The notes below the pieces were generated by a model. The model saw only the letters and a list, made by a program, of their open reading frames with translations, was not told the origin of the DNA and made no database searches. Below, one piece after another: positions 1-11,900 of a stretch of 64,000 nucleotides of DNA. Position numbers and translations under genes: made by a program. Numbering within the stretch: the stretch's first letter is position 1; the number at the start of each line of letters is the position of its first letter. The stretch comes from Lama glama (taxonomy: Eukaryota), in NCBI GenBank assembly GCA_028534125.1, contig CM052826.1:20026001-20090000 (forward strand), written 5' to 3'.

Positions 1-299
1 TCTCATAGGGCTATTGGGAGAGAGGTGGTCAACAAATCGGGGTTTATTATTGCTGAAGTGGGGGAGAACACAGCTGAGGGGAACTGTGGGCACATGCTAA
101 GTGCTATTACAGCTGAGCACCTGTCATTTGAATAGGCAGCTTATACTCACTACTAGCACACTGTATAAAACCCCACAATTACAGTGTGAGGCAGGGTAAT
201 TGTCTCATTTCACAGCTGAGTAAACTGAGTGAGGGTCTGATAGCCCCAGGACTAGAAAGGGGTTGTAATCATGCCTTCTGGCACCAGTGTTAACCGCAC

Positions 300-1150
300 A
301 GCTTCTGCCCACCCTAATGGAATTCTGTGGGAGCACAAACTTGGATTCACAAACTTTAATGCCACTCTGTTTATTGACTAAGTGTTATATGTCACTCTGT
401 AAGATTCACATAAGAGCACAAGTTTTGATTAACAGATCAAAATACCACCCCGATAACTAAATAAGTTTAGTTGCTTTAAAGCTGCTTTGCTAGCGGGAAT
501 CTGCTACAATCTGTCTCCTTGATGTAAAAAGCAGAGACATGCTTTGCTTGCTTTGCTTGGCTCGAGGTCATAGGTTCAGGGCTGCTTGTGCTTATGGAAA
601 ACCGGAACTTGTCCCCTGCCCTAACCAGCAGGACATGCTTCGCTTATCACGCGTAGGCGGTTAGCGCAGGCTGCGGACGCTCACGGAAGACTGTGACTTA
701 GCCCTTAGCTGGGAAGAGCTGGGCTGCTTCGCACGCTTAAGATGATTTTTGATCATTGTATAGAGACTCTGTAGTGGTCTGGTTTTCATTATCAATTGTT
801 TGGAACACTGCAATCTTTCTTATGACTGTCTGAGGTTTAAAATAACTGTATTATCAACTGTACACTCCTTGGCTCCTGAAATATTGTAACCTTCTCCCTA
901 AGTATAAATTAAGATTATGATGTTTCTGTTTTTCACAAAACTGCTGACCTGCATCCCTGCATGTACACGGTGCCCCTTACACATTCCCATGACATATTTC
1001 ACTTTGATTCTTTGACTATTCTCAGTAAACACCAGAGCTTTGGAGGAGCTCAGGGAGTTGGTCTCCGGCTCCCTCTCACTCTCTTGACTTGATAAAGTCT
1101 TGAGTAATTCTGTCCTTCCGCGGTGGGACTCTTGCTGGACAAAACCCACA
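300..1150 (+). mobile_element. probable ERV LTR upstream of CD209 (5' boundary uncertain)
   Basis: TATAAA at 903-908, AGTAAA at 1024-1029 and a U5-like end (...cttgctggacaaaacccaca); layout resembles U3-R-U5. Confidence 0.45.
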
Positions 1151-1291
1151 AAACTCTGCCTTAGTTGTGTCAGATGCTCCGTTTCTCCCCAGATATTTCC
1201 AAGTAAGTGATATCCCCATCCTGTTCCTCATTCTCCCCGAGTTGAGAAGGAACAGATTGGAGGAGGGGCTACAGAAGGAAATATGTGGGGT

Positions 1292-1297
1292 TATAAG
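1292..1297 (+). promoter_or_regulatory. TATA-like box of CD209
   Basis: TATAAG about 60 nt upstream of the ATG at 1353. Confidence 0.5.
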
Positions 1298-1352
1298 AAA
1301 AAAAACCACATTTCAGAGAGGATTTGGAAAGAGGAGCAGAGGGGAGAGGAGG

Positions 1353-4270
1353 ATGGCAGAGAAGTCTGACCCCAGGGAGCCAGATGGCTCTGGTGAGACT
1401 GGACCCCCACTCTGGTTGGTGATGGGGACAACAGGGCTCCAAGGTCCTGAAGGTGTTGGGGGTCTGGCCTCCAGCTTGCTGGAGGGGAGATGTCCAGCCT
1501 CCACCTTGCGGGAGGTGGGAGGGTCTGGCCTCCAGCTTGCAGTCCTGAGCACAGGGCTCAGCAGCCTCCTAAGCTCAACTGAGTGTGTTCTGTCCTATTC
1601 AGAAGAGGAGACTTTTTGGGGCAAGAGACTGACTGGGAAAGACCCTGGACAACTCTGCAGCTGGAGGAGCTTGCCAGGTACTGGGGTGGCTGCTGCAGGA
1701 GAAGGCAGCTGGGGAAGGGGGCGGTTAGGAAGCTCTCTCCAGCATGGGTGGAGCGGGGGCAGGGTCTGCCCCCTGCCCCTAGCTCTCTGCTCATCTGCTG
1801 ATCCTGCAGGGTGTCTGACCCGGGCGCCTCTGCTTCTGTTCCTGGTTTTCATCTCACTGGGTTTCCTTATGCTCCTGGTGACCACCATGGTTCAAGGTGA
1901 GTCAGAGGCTGGGGGCTTGGAGTCCTGGGTCCCTTTGGGTTTTCTCCCTGGAATGGTCCTTTCCTACAGTCCCTAAACTTACAAGGGTTCACCTTCTCTG
2001 TGACCATGGGCCAGTTACTCCCCATCTCTGAGCCTGTTTCCTAGTGTGAAATGAAGCTCATCCTCCCCCAGTGCAGGGAGCCTAGGCTCTCAGCATCCCT
2101 GAAATTGAACCTGGCCCAGGGTCAGGCATCGAGCGGTGCTCATAAAGGAAGATTTCCCTGCTCTGTTGTAGTCTCCAGGATTCACCAGTCCCTGCAGAAA
2201 GAGACAAAGGATGATCAGGAGAGCCACAACCCGGGTAAGGGGCTGCAAGCTGGGTTCCGGAGGAGGAGAGGGAGAGGGGCTCTGAGGCTGCACGCCCTTG
2301 GATGAGCCACCACCACAGGGGTCAAGGAGAGAAGGCAGGCATGGGGGAGGGGACTGGGCCCCTGCATGAGGTCCTGGGGGCTGGCAGTGTTGGGAAAGTC
2401 ATTCTCTAAGTCTCAGTTTTCTCGTTTGTATAATGGGCTCTTGGAGTCACTACGTAACATTCCATACGTAACATTCTTGTGGCGCCCTCTCTGCACCAAG
2501 CACACAGTAGGTGCTTCATAATTGAGGTCCTCTTCCTCCAGTTGCTGTTGCACAGGAGCAGATGCAATCAAAGCTGGAAGGAATCCAGCAGCAGCTGACC
2601 TGGATGAATGCCACCCTGGGTAAGGGATCCACACCAAGATTATGAGGATGTCACTGGGTTGTGGGTGGGGCTGGGAGCCACCATCTATGGCTTCCACTCT
2701 GAGGAGGGCGGTATAGAGCTGTGATCTGTCTCATGGGTTTCCTGGGGACTGAGCTGTCAGCTGAACACAGAGGTCTGGCCCTGGGTTCCCAAGATCTGAG
2801 GCAGATGTCTGGTGCCAGGGATCCAAGCGACCTCTCTGTCCCAACCCCGCCCCTTCCCCCAGCTAGCCTGTGCCATCCTTGCCCCTGGAATTGGGAAGTC
2901 TTCCAGGGGAATTGTTACTTATTCTCCTGGACCCAGAGTGACTGGAAATCTGCCGTCTCTGCCTGTCGGAACATTAAGGCCCAACTGGTGATCGTCAACA
3001 GTGCTGAAGAGCAGGTGGGCTGGGCAAGGTTCCCACTGGGGCTGGGTCAACAAAGAGCCTTCTAGGGGGTGAGTATAGCTTAGTGGTAGAGTGCACGCTT
3101 TGCATGTGTGAGGTCCTGGGTTCAATCCCCAGGACCTTCATTAAAAAAAAAAAAACACTTAAAAAAGAAATATTAAACACACACACACAAACCAGAGCCT
3201 TCTGCCACCCTCCTCTGCCCTTTGAGAAAAGAGATGGGAGGGAGGACGCAGCCAGGAAAGGCTTCCTGGAGGAGGAAACATATTGGACTCAGGAAGGTCA
3301 TATGAGAGAAGAATGTGGATAAGAGGAGCCCATGTAGATAAAAAAAGAACTCAGAGCACCCTTGAGACCATCCATAATGGACGTGAACTGAGACCCAAGT
3401 TGACATATTTCCACACGTGTATGCACATTAACACACATCCACAGCCTACAGACACATGTGAGCACATACAACTTGAGGAGGAGCTATAGGCTAGACGGCA
3501 GAAAGAACTTCCATGGGAGGCAGGGGATCTTGGGAATGTGGGCAGACATGGGACGGATGGTGTTCAGGGATATTCCTTCTGATACCCCTCTCCCCCCGCC
3601 CCTCACCTCCAGAAATTCCTGAAGTTTTGGTATGTCAGAAATAATAAGCCCACTTGGATCGGCCTCAGCGACCACCACAATGAGGGCTCCTGGCGGTGGC
3701 TGGACAACAGCTCCCTTCAACTCAGGTGACCTCCCAATGACAATGGCCCGGAGGGAATGGGCAGGGAAAACCACCCACCCCCGAGACCAGGGTGCTCAGA
3801 CTCTGGGACCAGGACGGATCACCTGCGGGGCTTGGTGAAGATGCAGAGTCCTGCCTCCACGCTCGGGGTGGGGGCGGGGATGTCTGATTTGGGACCAGGA
3901 ATCTGTATATTTACTTTGCCAGCGCTGGTTCTGATGGAGGTGGTGTTTGAATCCACATTTTGAAAACCTGAAAACCCTGCCTCTGAATTCCTCACCACCC
4001 TCTGGCTGGTCCTCAGCAATTTGCTGCCAAAGCCCAGGGACCAGCTCCTCTGAGGTGGAGGCTGGGGGGTGGTTGGGAGTGAGCTCTGGGTGGAGTAGGG
4101 GGCCTCATAGCCCTGGTGGGGTTCACAGCTTCTGGAAAGATGGGGAACCCAACAACCACGGAGATGAAGACTGTGTGGAATTACACAATGACGGCTGGAA
4201 TGATGGCAGATGTGTTACAGAAAACTCCTGGATCTGTGAGAAGCCCTCAACTCCCTGCCCTGAACTCTGA
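1353..4270 (+). CDS. CD209: DC-SIGN/CD209-family type II C-type lectin, short neck, 249 aa
   Basis: Exons 1353-1392, 1603-1677, 1810-1896 (TM), 2172-2234, 2542-2619, 2863-3014, 3613-3725, 4129-4270. All introns are GT-AG with matching phases; total 750 nt. CTLD has CPWNW...CY, WIGL, EPN, EDC and WND motifs. Lies upstream of CLEC4G as in human. Exact paralog identity is uncertain. Confidence 0.9.
1460..1540 (+). repeat. ~30-bp tandem repeat x3 in CD209 intron 1
   Basis: gggtctggcctccagcttgc at 1460-1479 and 1521-1540, with a degenerate middle copy at 1491-1509. Confidence 0.7.
3065..3193 (+). mobile_element. tRNA-derived SINE (camelid Vic-1-like) in CD209 intron 6
   Basis: A box tagcttagtgg, B box ggttcaatccc, A-rich tail; target-site duplication agagccttct at 3054-3063 and 3194-3203. 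Confidence 0.85.
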
Positions 4271-4530
4271 GAGTCACTGCCTCTTCCAATCCCTGGCCCC
4301 TCCCCCACCATGGCCCCCAGAGATCAGGCAACTGGGGCTCTGCTGGTTTCTCTCTGGCTCCACGGCCTTCTGTTTTTCCCTTTAGTGAGTTCCCATCCTT
4401 CTCCTGTACGGAGGTCTCTGAGATCCTGAGAGATTCTGAGACCCCTTTATCCTCTAAGGCCCATCCTGCATAGGTAAAGACCATCTCATTCCTTCTATTG
4501 ATACCCTCGGCCCCCCCATGACATCCCCTT

Positions 4531-4536
4531 AATAAA
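4531..4536 (+). terminator. polyadenylation signal of CD209
   Basis: AATAAA 260 nt after the stop codon, followed by T-rich sequence. Confidence 0.75.
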
Positions 4537-4629
4537 ATCACACATTGCATTACGTGTTCCGCTGAACTTACTGTCTATTCCTTTGCTACTGTTTCAATTA
4601 CTATAGTTTGATAATATGTTTATGTCATT

Positions 4630-4740
4630 TAAAAAAAATTGAAGTATAGTCAGTTACAATGTGTCAATTTCTGGTGTGTATGCAGCATAATGTCCCAGTC
4701 ATGCATACATACACATATATTCATTTTCATATTTTCTTAT
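4630..4740 (-). mobile_element. L1 3' end fragment
   Basis: ttgaagtatagtcagttacaatgtgtcaatttctgg..., close to the copy at 17105-17250. Confidence 0.7.
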
Positions 4741-5016
4741 TGAATGATAATGTTTGCTGTACACTAGGATATTGTCTTTTTTCAATTGGTTTTTCTCTAC
4801 TACCATGTATTTTATTTCCCAGATACAGTTTTGAATTCTTTTGTCATTTTGGATGGGAATATACAGATATACAAATATGTATCTATATGTCTGTCTATCT
4901 ATCTGTTCATTATTCATGAACCCATTATTTATTCAGGAGCTTAAAAAATGTCCTTCGGTAAAGTTTTATGATTTCTTCATATAAGTTTTTTTTTTAAACC
5001 CATTATTTTGGGTGCG

Positions 5017-5533
5017 TGTATTAGTTTCCTGCTGATGCTATAACAAATTACCCCAAACTTAGTGGCTTGAAAGAACACAAATGTATTATCGTATAGTTCT
5101 GGAAGCTGCAAATCCAAAATGGGTCTCATGGGCCTGAGATCAAGGTGTCAGTAGGGCTGTACTTCTGGAGGGTCTAGGGGAGAATCCACTTTCTTGCCTT
5201 TTCTAGCTTCTAGAGGCCGCCTGCAATCCCTAGCTGGGGGCTCCCTCCCTCCCTCCATCTGGAGAGCCAGCAATGACTAAGTCTTTCCCACCTTGCACAA
5301 CTCAAACACGAACTCTTCTGCCTCCCTGTTCTTCATTTAAAGGACTCTTGTGATTATACTGGGTCCACCTGGATAATGCTGTGCACCCTCACTATTCTAA
5401 GAGGTCAGCTGATTAGGTACCTTCTTTCTACCTGCAACCCTGATTCCCACTTTTCTGGGTGGCATAGCATATTGACAAGTTCTGGAGATCAGGACATGGG
5501 CATATTTAGGGCGATATAATTCTGCCTACCACA
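5017..5533 (-). mobile_element. MaLR (MLT1-type) LTR
   Basis: Starts tgtattagtttcct...aacaaattacc and ends ...attctgcctaccaca, typical MLT1 termini. Confidence 0.75.
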
Positions 5534-6446
5534 TTGTGTTGTATTTCTTATTGATGTGCTGAGTGGGGTAAATCTCAGTGGCAGATGGGAGTTGGGTAAT
5601 ATCCCAACTCTCTCTGCTATTGGCTTAGACAACTCTGAAGTATCTTTCAGAGGGCAGCAAGAGGAATGAGCCTTGGCAGACCAAGGCCAACGCTTTAAGT
5701 CTTCCTTAAAGAAGAACCATTCTCCTGATTTGAGAATGACACCACAAATCGACTTCTTACACTGAAATCCTTGCCTCAGGGTCTGCATCTAAGGGAACTG
5801 AACCAAATTCAGGTTGAGCTCAAGGGACTCATTCTGAGTGGTGGGTTAGAACCACTCCAGATAAATAGATGGGCTGAGATGAGACTGACCATGTCACTTC
5901 CAGACTGGGACATTTAAGAACAAGTGGTCACCTCCCTGCACTCTTCTTTCACCTTGGCAACACTGGAACCCACAGTGGCCACTTGGATGCAAGTAGCTTC
6001 TCCAGCTTGCAACAGTTTCCACAAGAGTGTATTTTGGCCATGACTGCATTGTGCTAAACTGCGGAGGTGCCAGGATGTATTTGCTATTGGGGCATAGCAC
6101 AGCCCCAGTGGCAAATGTGCTTCTGAACTCATCCACCAAGGAATTCCAGAACCTAACTTACAGCCACACATTGGGCATGTAGAGAACTCCTCCCAGCTCA
6201 TACCTTAAGGCTAGCATAATTTATTATTAAAAATAATGCCAGTGAAATAAAAGAAAAAGAAAAAGAAAAAGGAGGGAATAAAAGGAAACTATTAAACTGT
6301 GTTGAAAACAAAAGTGATACAGGAATCCAACTGGCCGAAGTCAGTGCTGGAATGGTCTTTCTCAAGAAAAATTCCTCAGGCAAGTATTATAATTCCCAGT
6401 GATCAGCAGGTGTTTGCAAAGATGAAATTAAGATATCCCCATGAGA

Positions 6447-6563
6447 GGAGGGAGGATGTAGCTCAGTAGTAAAGCCTGTGCCTAGCATGCTTGAGGTCCT
6501 GGGTTCAATCCCCAGTACCTCTATTAAATAAATAAATAAGCCGAATTATCCCTCCCCCCCCAA
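6447..6563 (+). mobile_element. tRNA-derived SINE (Vic-1-like)
   Basis: A/B boxes and aaataaataa tail; 17-bp TSD aagatat(c/g)cccatgaga at 6430-6446 and 6564-6580. Confidence 0.85.
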
Positions 6564-7007
6564 AAGATATGCCCATGAGAACTTCCAGCCAAGGTGAAGT
6601 ACCAGGGTCTAGAATTACCCTCCTGCTTGAAATAGGTGGAAAACTGGAAAAAATGCATGAATTAATTCTTTTCACACTTCAGAAATAAGTGCAATGCAGT
6701 GGTCCTTGAAAGGGGAGAGACAAGGTGAGCCCAACAATTGGCCCAGCTTTTTTCCTGGCAGGAGTTTCCAGGCTGCCATGCAGGGAGGGGAAGCCCAAGC
6801 AGAGCTCAGAGCTTTCACTGGCTGCAGAAGACAGAGTTGGGAATTCAGGCAGGCCAAAACGGCTAGAATTCACAGAGAGAGCTTTAAGAATTTGTGGAGG
6901 GTCCCCATTCACTCTTTGGCCGAGTTTTGATTGGTACCTGCATGTGGAGAATTTACAGGAGGCCAAGAAAGAATCACTCAAGAGCCTTAGAAGCAATGCT
7001 ACCCCAA

Positions 7008-7100
7008 GCGGAGAGAGTATAGCTAAGTGGTAGAACATAGTGCTTAGACCCTGGATTCAATCCCCAGGACCTCCAACCGGCCCCCTCCAAGAAAAAAAAA
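7008..7100 (+). mobile_element. internally deleted tRNA-derived SINE
   Basis: gtatagctaagtggtaga...ggattcaatccccaggacc followed by an A tail. Confidence 0.7.
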
Positions 7101-7319
7101 TGATACCCAGACTCACAAAGGACTGGGGGTATCAGAAGCCCACACGATCATGGATCATTAGTATGCTAAGAAACAGCTTTTGTTGTCCTAGGCTGTTTGG
7201 GGGTTGTTTGTTACTGCAATGCAATCTAAGCTGACGGATGCACACAGTATTTCTGGGTATACCAGCCCCACACGTCCTTTGACCAGCATCTGAGACACTT
7301 TGCTGCCTAAAGACTTTTC

Positions 7320-7520
7320 CAACTATACATAAAACAGGTAAACAACAAGGACCTACTGTAGAGCACAGGGAACTATACTCAGTTTCTTGTAATAACATGT
7401 AATGGAAAAGAATCTGAAAAGAAAACAATATGTATGTATGTATATGTGTAACTGAATCACTTTGCTGTACACCTGAAACTAACATTATAAATCAGCTATA
7501 CTTCAAGAAAAAAATTTTTT
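7320..7520 (+). mobile_element. L1 3'UTR fragment
   Basis: aacaacaaggacctactgtagagcacagggaactatactcag...gaatcactttgctgtacacctgaaactaac. Confidence 0.8.
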
Positions 7521-8149
7521 TAACCACCTGTGAAGTTCCAGATTTCCTAACGCAGGCAGTGTCACAGCAAGGTCTCTCACACCTGCTGTCACCTCAACGT
7601 GTTCTAGCTGCCAACACTCTCCCTCCTCCTCTACCCTGAACTGTGACTCATCTGTCAAGACTCAGAGCAGACATCCTGTCACCCAGGAGACCCTTTCTAG
7701 ACGCTCAACACCCCCAAGACGGGAGTAAGCGCTTCTCTGTACACCCCTCATCACAGGGTGTTACAGGCTATTGTTTTATCAGGATAGTATAAGCTTCTTC
7801 ACTGGACAGTCAACATCACCTAGGTGGAAGCCATGTGTGTCTCTAAGATCATGGTGCCTCCTGCCCTCAGCAGATACACCAACTGAATGGAAGGAGGGTG
7901 TTAGCACTCTTCACTCAAGGAGTCACTCCCACTCTCATCTCTGATGAGGCTTTCATGAAAAAGCCACTACCTTCTTCTAAGCCTCATCAGAGTCAGATGT
8001 GGAGGAAGAGGCTCGAATCCCACAAACCTCTCCGAGCCTGCTCTTTGACCTTGGCGCAGTCCTGGTCCAGAACTCGAACTTCCTTGTCTGAAAACAAGGA
8101 TGACATCTACCTTCCTTACAGAAGAAAGGAAAGCCACGCGTGACAAATG

Positions 8150-8620
8150 ACACTTGACTGCGCCCTGGGGCGGTCCCTGCCCTTGCGGGGGCTTCCCTTC
8201 TGACCTGCGACCCTGTCTCAGCCACCCCCGCCCTGCACAGCCAGCCCCTCCGCCCGGCTCGGCCCTGGCCTCCCTCACCGGCCGGAGGCGCGTAGGCCCG
8301 GGCGTGGGGCGGGGGGCTCGGCCCCGACCCGTCGGAGGCGGTGAGGCCGCCCCGGGGCCGGCTCAGAAGGCGGCGCCCCGCGTCCCGCAGCCGGAGGCAG
8401 CCCCTCCACATCGGGCGGGGGCCGGGGGCGACGACCGTGTGAGAGCTGAGCGCGGGGAACACAGGGTGGGGGGTGCCGCTCGCAGCGTCTCACCGGCCGC
8501 CAGCGCCCGCCGCCATGTTGCGCGCGCCCCTCGCGGCCGCCGTCGCCCGCGCCCCGCCCCCGCGCACGCCGCAGCCAATCAGCGTCACAAACGCCCGGGC
8601 CCCGCCCCCGCGCCGCCCAA
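8150..8620 (-). promoter_or_regulatory. orphan CpG island with housekeeping-type promoter and candidate first exon
   Basis: Very CpG-dense. GC boxes at 8552-8561 and 8600-8609, CCAAT at 8575-8579, CGTCA at 8583-8587. On the minus strand, AACATGGCGGCG (ATG at 8516) is followed by donor CG|GTGAGA at 8494/8493. Confidence 0.7.
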
Positions 8621-8649
8621 GAGAAAATTTTAAATAGAATAAAGACTTT

Positions 8650-9010
8650 TTCTGACCCTCAAGAGTCCTCCCTGCTCACCCACAAGGCAGTCAGGAATGC
8701 CTGAGAATGACTGATGTCCCGTCCGCGTCCCTGGAGAGCTCTTCCCAATGACTGATCAGAGTTAGTGGTTACATGCTCCAGCTGTCTTGTCCTGCTAGAA
8801 GGATGACTCTGAGACCAAGTCTTCAGATTCAGTTGCCCACCAATACCGCTTGCTTATTAACGTTCTCATTGTTGGTTCCCTTCCCTTCCATTTCTCACGT
8901 CTCCACTGCCTTCCTCTTGCTTCCCAAGATCACCCCTCAAATAAACTAACTACACGTGAGTCCCTGCCTCCGGGTCAGCTGATGGAGCAACCACTCAGGC
9001 ACAAGACTCA
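8650..9010. mobile_element. ERVL-class LTR remnant (LTR16/MLT2-like)
   Basis: gggaatgcctgag-like start, cccaagatcacccctcaaataaacta..., ending in ...cacaagac. Confidence 0.45.
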
Positions 9011-9059
9011 AAAGAAACTTGGCATTGAGTAAGATAAAAATTATGAGTTAAAGAAGTGC

Positions 9060-11900
9060 ATTTATTTATTTTACTTTGTACTTTGAAATGACTTGAAGAC
9101 TTACAAAAAAGTTGAGGAAATAAGACACACGTTCCTATATCCTATCATCTACCTTCGGCAGGTGTGAACATCTTACAGATCACAGTATAGTGATCAAAAC
9201 CGGGAAAGTCACATGGATACACTATTATTAACCAAACTGCAGACCTTATTTGGTCCTTCTAGCCTGGGGTGTCACATAGCATTTAACTGTCATGTCTCCT
9301 ATTCTCCAATCTGTGACAGTTTAGTCTTGTCCTGTCTTCCATGCTGTTGATATTTTTGACAAGTGCTGGTCAATTATTCTGTAGACTGTCCCTACATTTG
9401 AGTTTATTTGGCATTTTCCCCCTTCTTCTCCTCATGATTAGGTGGAGGATATTATCCCTTTGGGCAAAAATACCACAGAAGTCATGCTATGTCCTTCCCA
9501 GAGCCTCATCTCCAGATTACAAGATGTCAATGTGTCTGTTATTGGTGATGGTAATTAACCACCACAACTTCCTGGTTAAAGGGGTACCCACCAGGTTATT
9601 CCATTGCAAAGTGAATTATTTCCACTTGGTAATGAATAAATATCTTGCAAGGAGACACCTTGAGACTTAGAAAATATCCTATTTCTCATCAGACTTTTAT
9701 CCACAAATTTTGGCACCCATCAATGAATCCTGCCTGTGGCAATTCTGTGTGTGTGTGTTTGCGTGTTTATTTGTGACTTTATATTGCTCTTAATTATTCT
9801 ACATGTATTCATTGAAATTCTTCTGTAAGGAACAGGTGTCCTTTTTCTTCTATTTATTTACATATCACTTATTTATTTAGATCAGTAAGTACTCAAGGAT
9901 AGTTATTCCATGGTTATAATCCAATACAATCATGATTTATTTTGTTCCTCAATTTGTTCCATCTCTGGCCATTAAGAACTCCTTCAGGTTGATACTTGTG
10001 TCCTTCCAACACATTATCCTCCTCTTAGGAAGGTCCAAGATCACTTTACATTTTCCCCACCTCAACTCTGGAATCAACCATTTCTCCAAGGAGCCTTATG
10101 CCTTTTATTAGAGAATGGTGCTTAGGAACCAAGATCTGTGGGCTAGTTGTTGTTCTGTTTTACCCTTTTAAAATGTACAATTAGTGGTATTAAGCACATT
10201 CACAGTGTTGTGCAATTGTCACACCATCTATCTCCAGAACTTTTTCATCTCCTCAAACTGAAACTGTCCCCAGGAAACACTAACTCCCTGTTCTCCCCTC
10301 CCCCAGCCCCTGGCTTCCACCATTCTACCTTTTGTCTCTATGAACTTGACCAGTGTAAGTATACCACATGTGAGTGGACTCATACAGTATTTTACCTTTT
10401 GTGTCTGGCTTTCTTTACTTGGTGTAATGTCTTCAAGGTTCATCCGTGTTGTAGCAGGTGTCAGAATTTCCTTGCTTTTTACAGCTGAGTAATGTTCTAC
10501 TGTGTGGCTTTAGTTTATCCATTCATCTGTTGATGGACACTTGGGCTGCTTCCACCTTCTGGCTATTGTGAATAACACTGCTGTGAACATGAATGTACAA
10601 CAGCCCTACAAGACCCGCCTTTCCATTCTTTGTGTTATATACCCCAAGGTGAAATGCTTGGATCATGTAGTAATTCTATTTTTCAATTTCTGAAAAATCA
10701 CCAAACTGTTTTCCACAGTGGTTGCAACATTTTACATCCCCCCCAGCAATGCACAGAGGTTCCAATTTCACCACACTCTCGCCAACACTAGTTATTTTCT
10801 TCTTTTTGTATGACAGCCTTCCTAGGGGGTGTGAGGTGGTATCTCCTTGTGGTTTAGCTATGCTTTTGATATTGGGGTGTCCAATGTCCTAGGTCTTCTT
10901 GGGAGGTAGAGCTAGGAAACACATGCATGGGTACTAACAGATATACATACATGCACTGACCTTCTATATTTATTCCTGTATCTACTCTGTACACACATAT
11001 CAAAAACCATGACATCTTATCAATACCCTACTTCCGGTCCGACACTACAGAGTTCATTCTAGCCTTTCTTCTCCCCTTATTTGTAACTTCTTTCTCTAAC
11101 AGTGAGAAACCAGGCTCTGTTATCCACAACATATTTGCTAATTTGTTCAATCCAGGAATACAACGGAAGGGGTTTCAGAATTTCTCATTCATGCCTCTGT
11201 GAGAAACAATCACCTTGTTGCTGGGTGAAGTACACCCTGTCAGAGATTATTCAAGAAAGGCCAATGGATACTGAATTCTTCAACTTGTATGTTTTGAAGG
11301 ACAACTGGGCTGAATATCGAATCCTTGGGTCATAATTTTCATTCATCAAGTTTTTTTTAATTGTTGTCTTGCTTTGAATATTAGTTTTGAAAAGTCTGAT
11401 AGCAGTCTAACTCTTAAGACTTTGTAAATTATTTGATCTGGGGGACTTAAGGATTTTATCTTAATCTTTGAAATCGAATAACTTTACTGGAATATGTTGG
11501 ATGGAGTTGTCCATCGGGGTTAATTTTCCCAGGTACCTGGTGAAACCTCTCAATGTGTAATTTCAGGTGATTTTCTGTTTCTAGAATTTTGGGGGGATTA
11601 TGATTTTTAACATTGGCTCTGTTTTGTTGTTTTGTTTTCCTTATTCAAGGGCTCTAATAATGCACAAATTAGTCCTTCAGTGCCTGAAATTCCATTTCCG
11701 TTACTTTCCCCTTTCCATTTCTTTCTTCATGTCATTGTCACTCTTTTTGTTGTTTTCCTGGCTGTTGCCAATGCCCTTTATGATGTGTTTGTCTGAGTTT
11801 ATGTTCTCTTGGGTATTTTATAATTTATTCTGCAGCTCTGAGATAATTTTGTCTTTTTCTTCCACTTCTTTCCCCAGTTGACCCAAATCTCTCTTCATCC
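9060..11900 (-). mobile_element. old L1 (L1M) 3' fragments, with nested L1MB-like piece at ~10160-10855
   Basis: ccattcatctgttgatggacacttggg..., ccacagtggttgcaacattttacatccccccagcaatg and other L1 3' motifs. Confidence 0.65.

Noticed and set aside
3065-3140. tRNA gene-like sequences here and at 6447, 13008, 29694, 30860 and 60560
   Set aside because: They are SINE heads with A-rich tails, several with TSDs, not cloverleaf tRNA genes.
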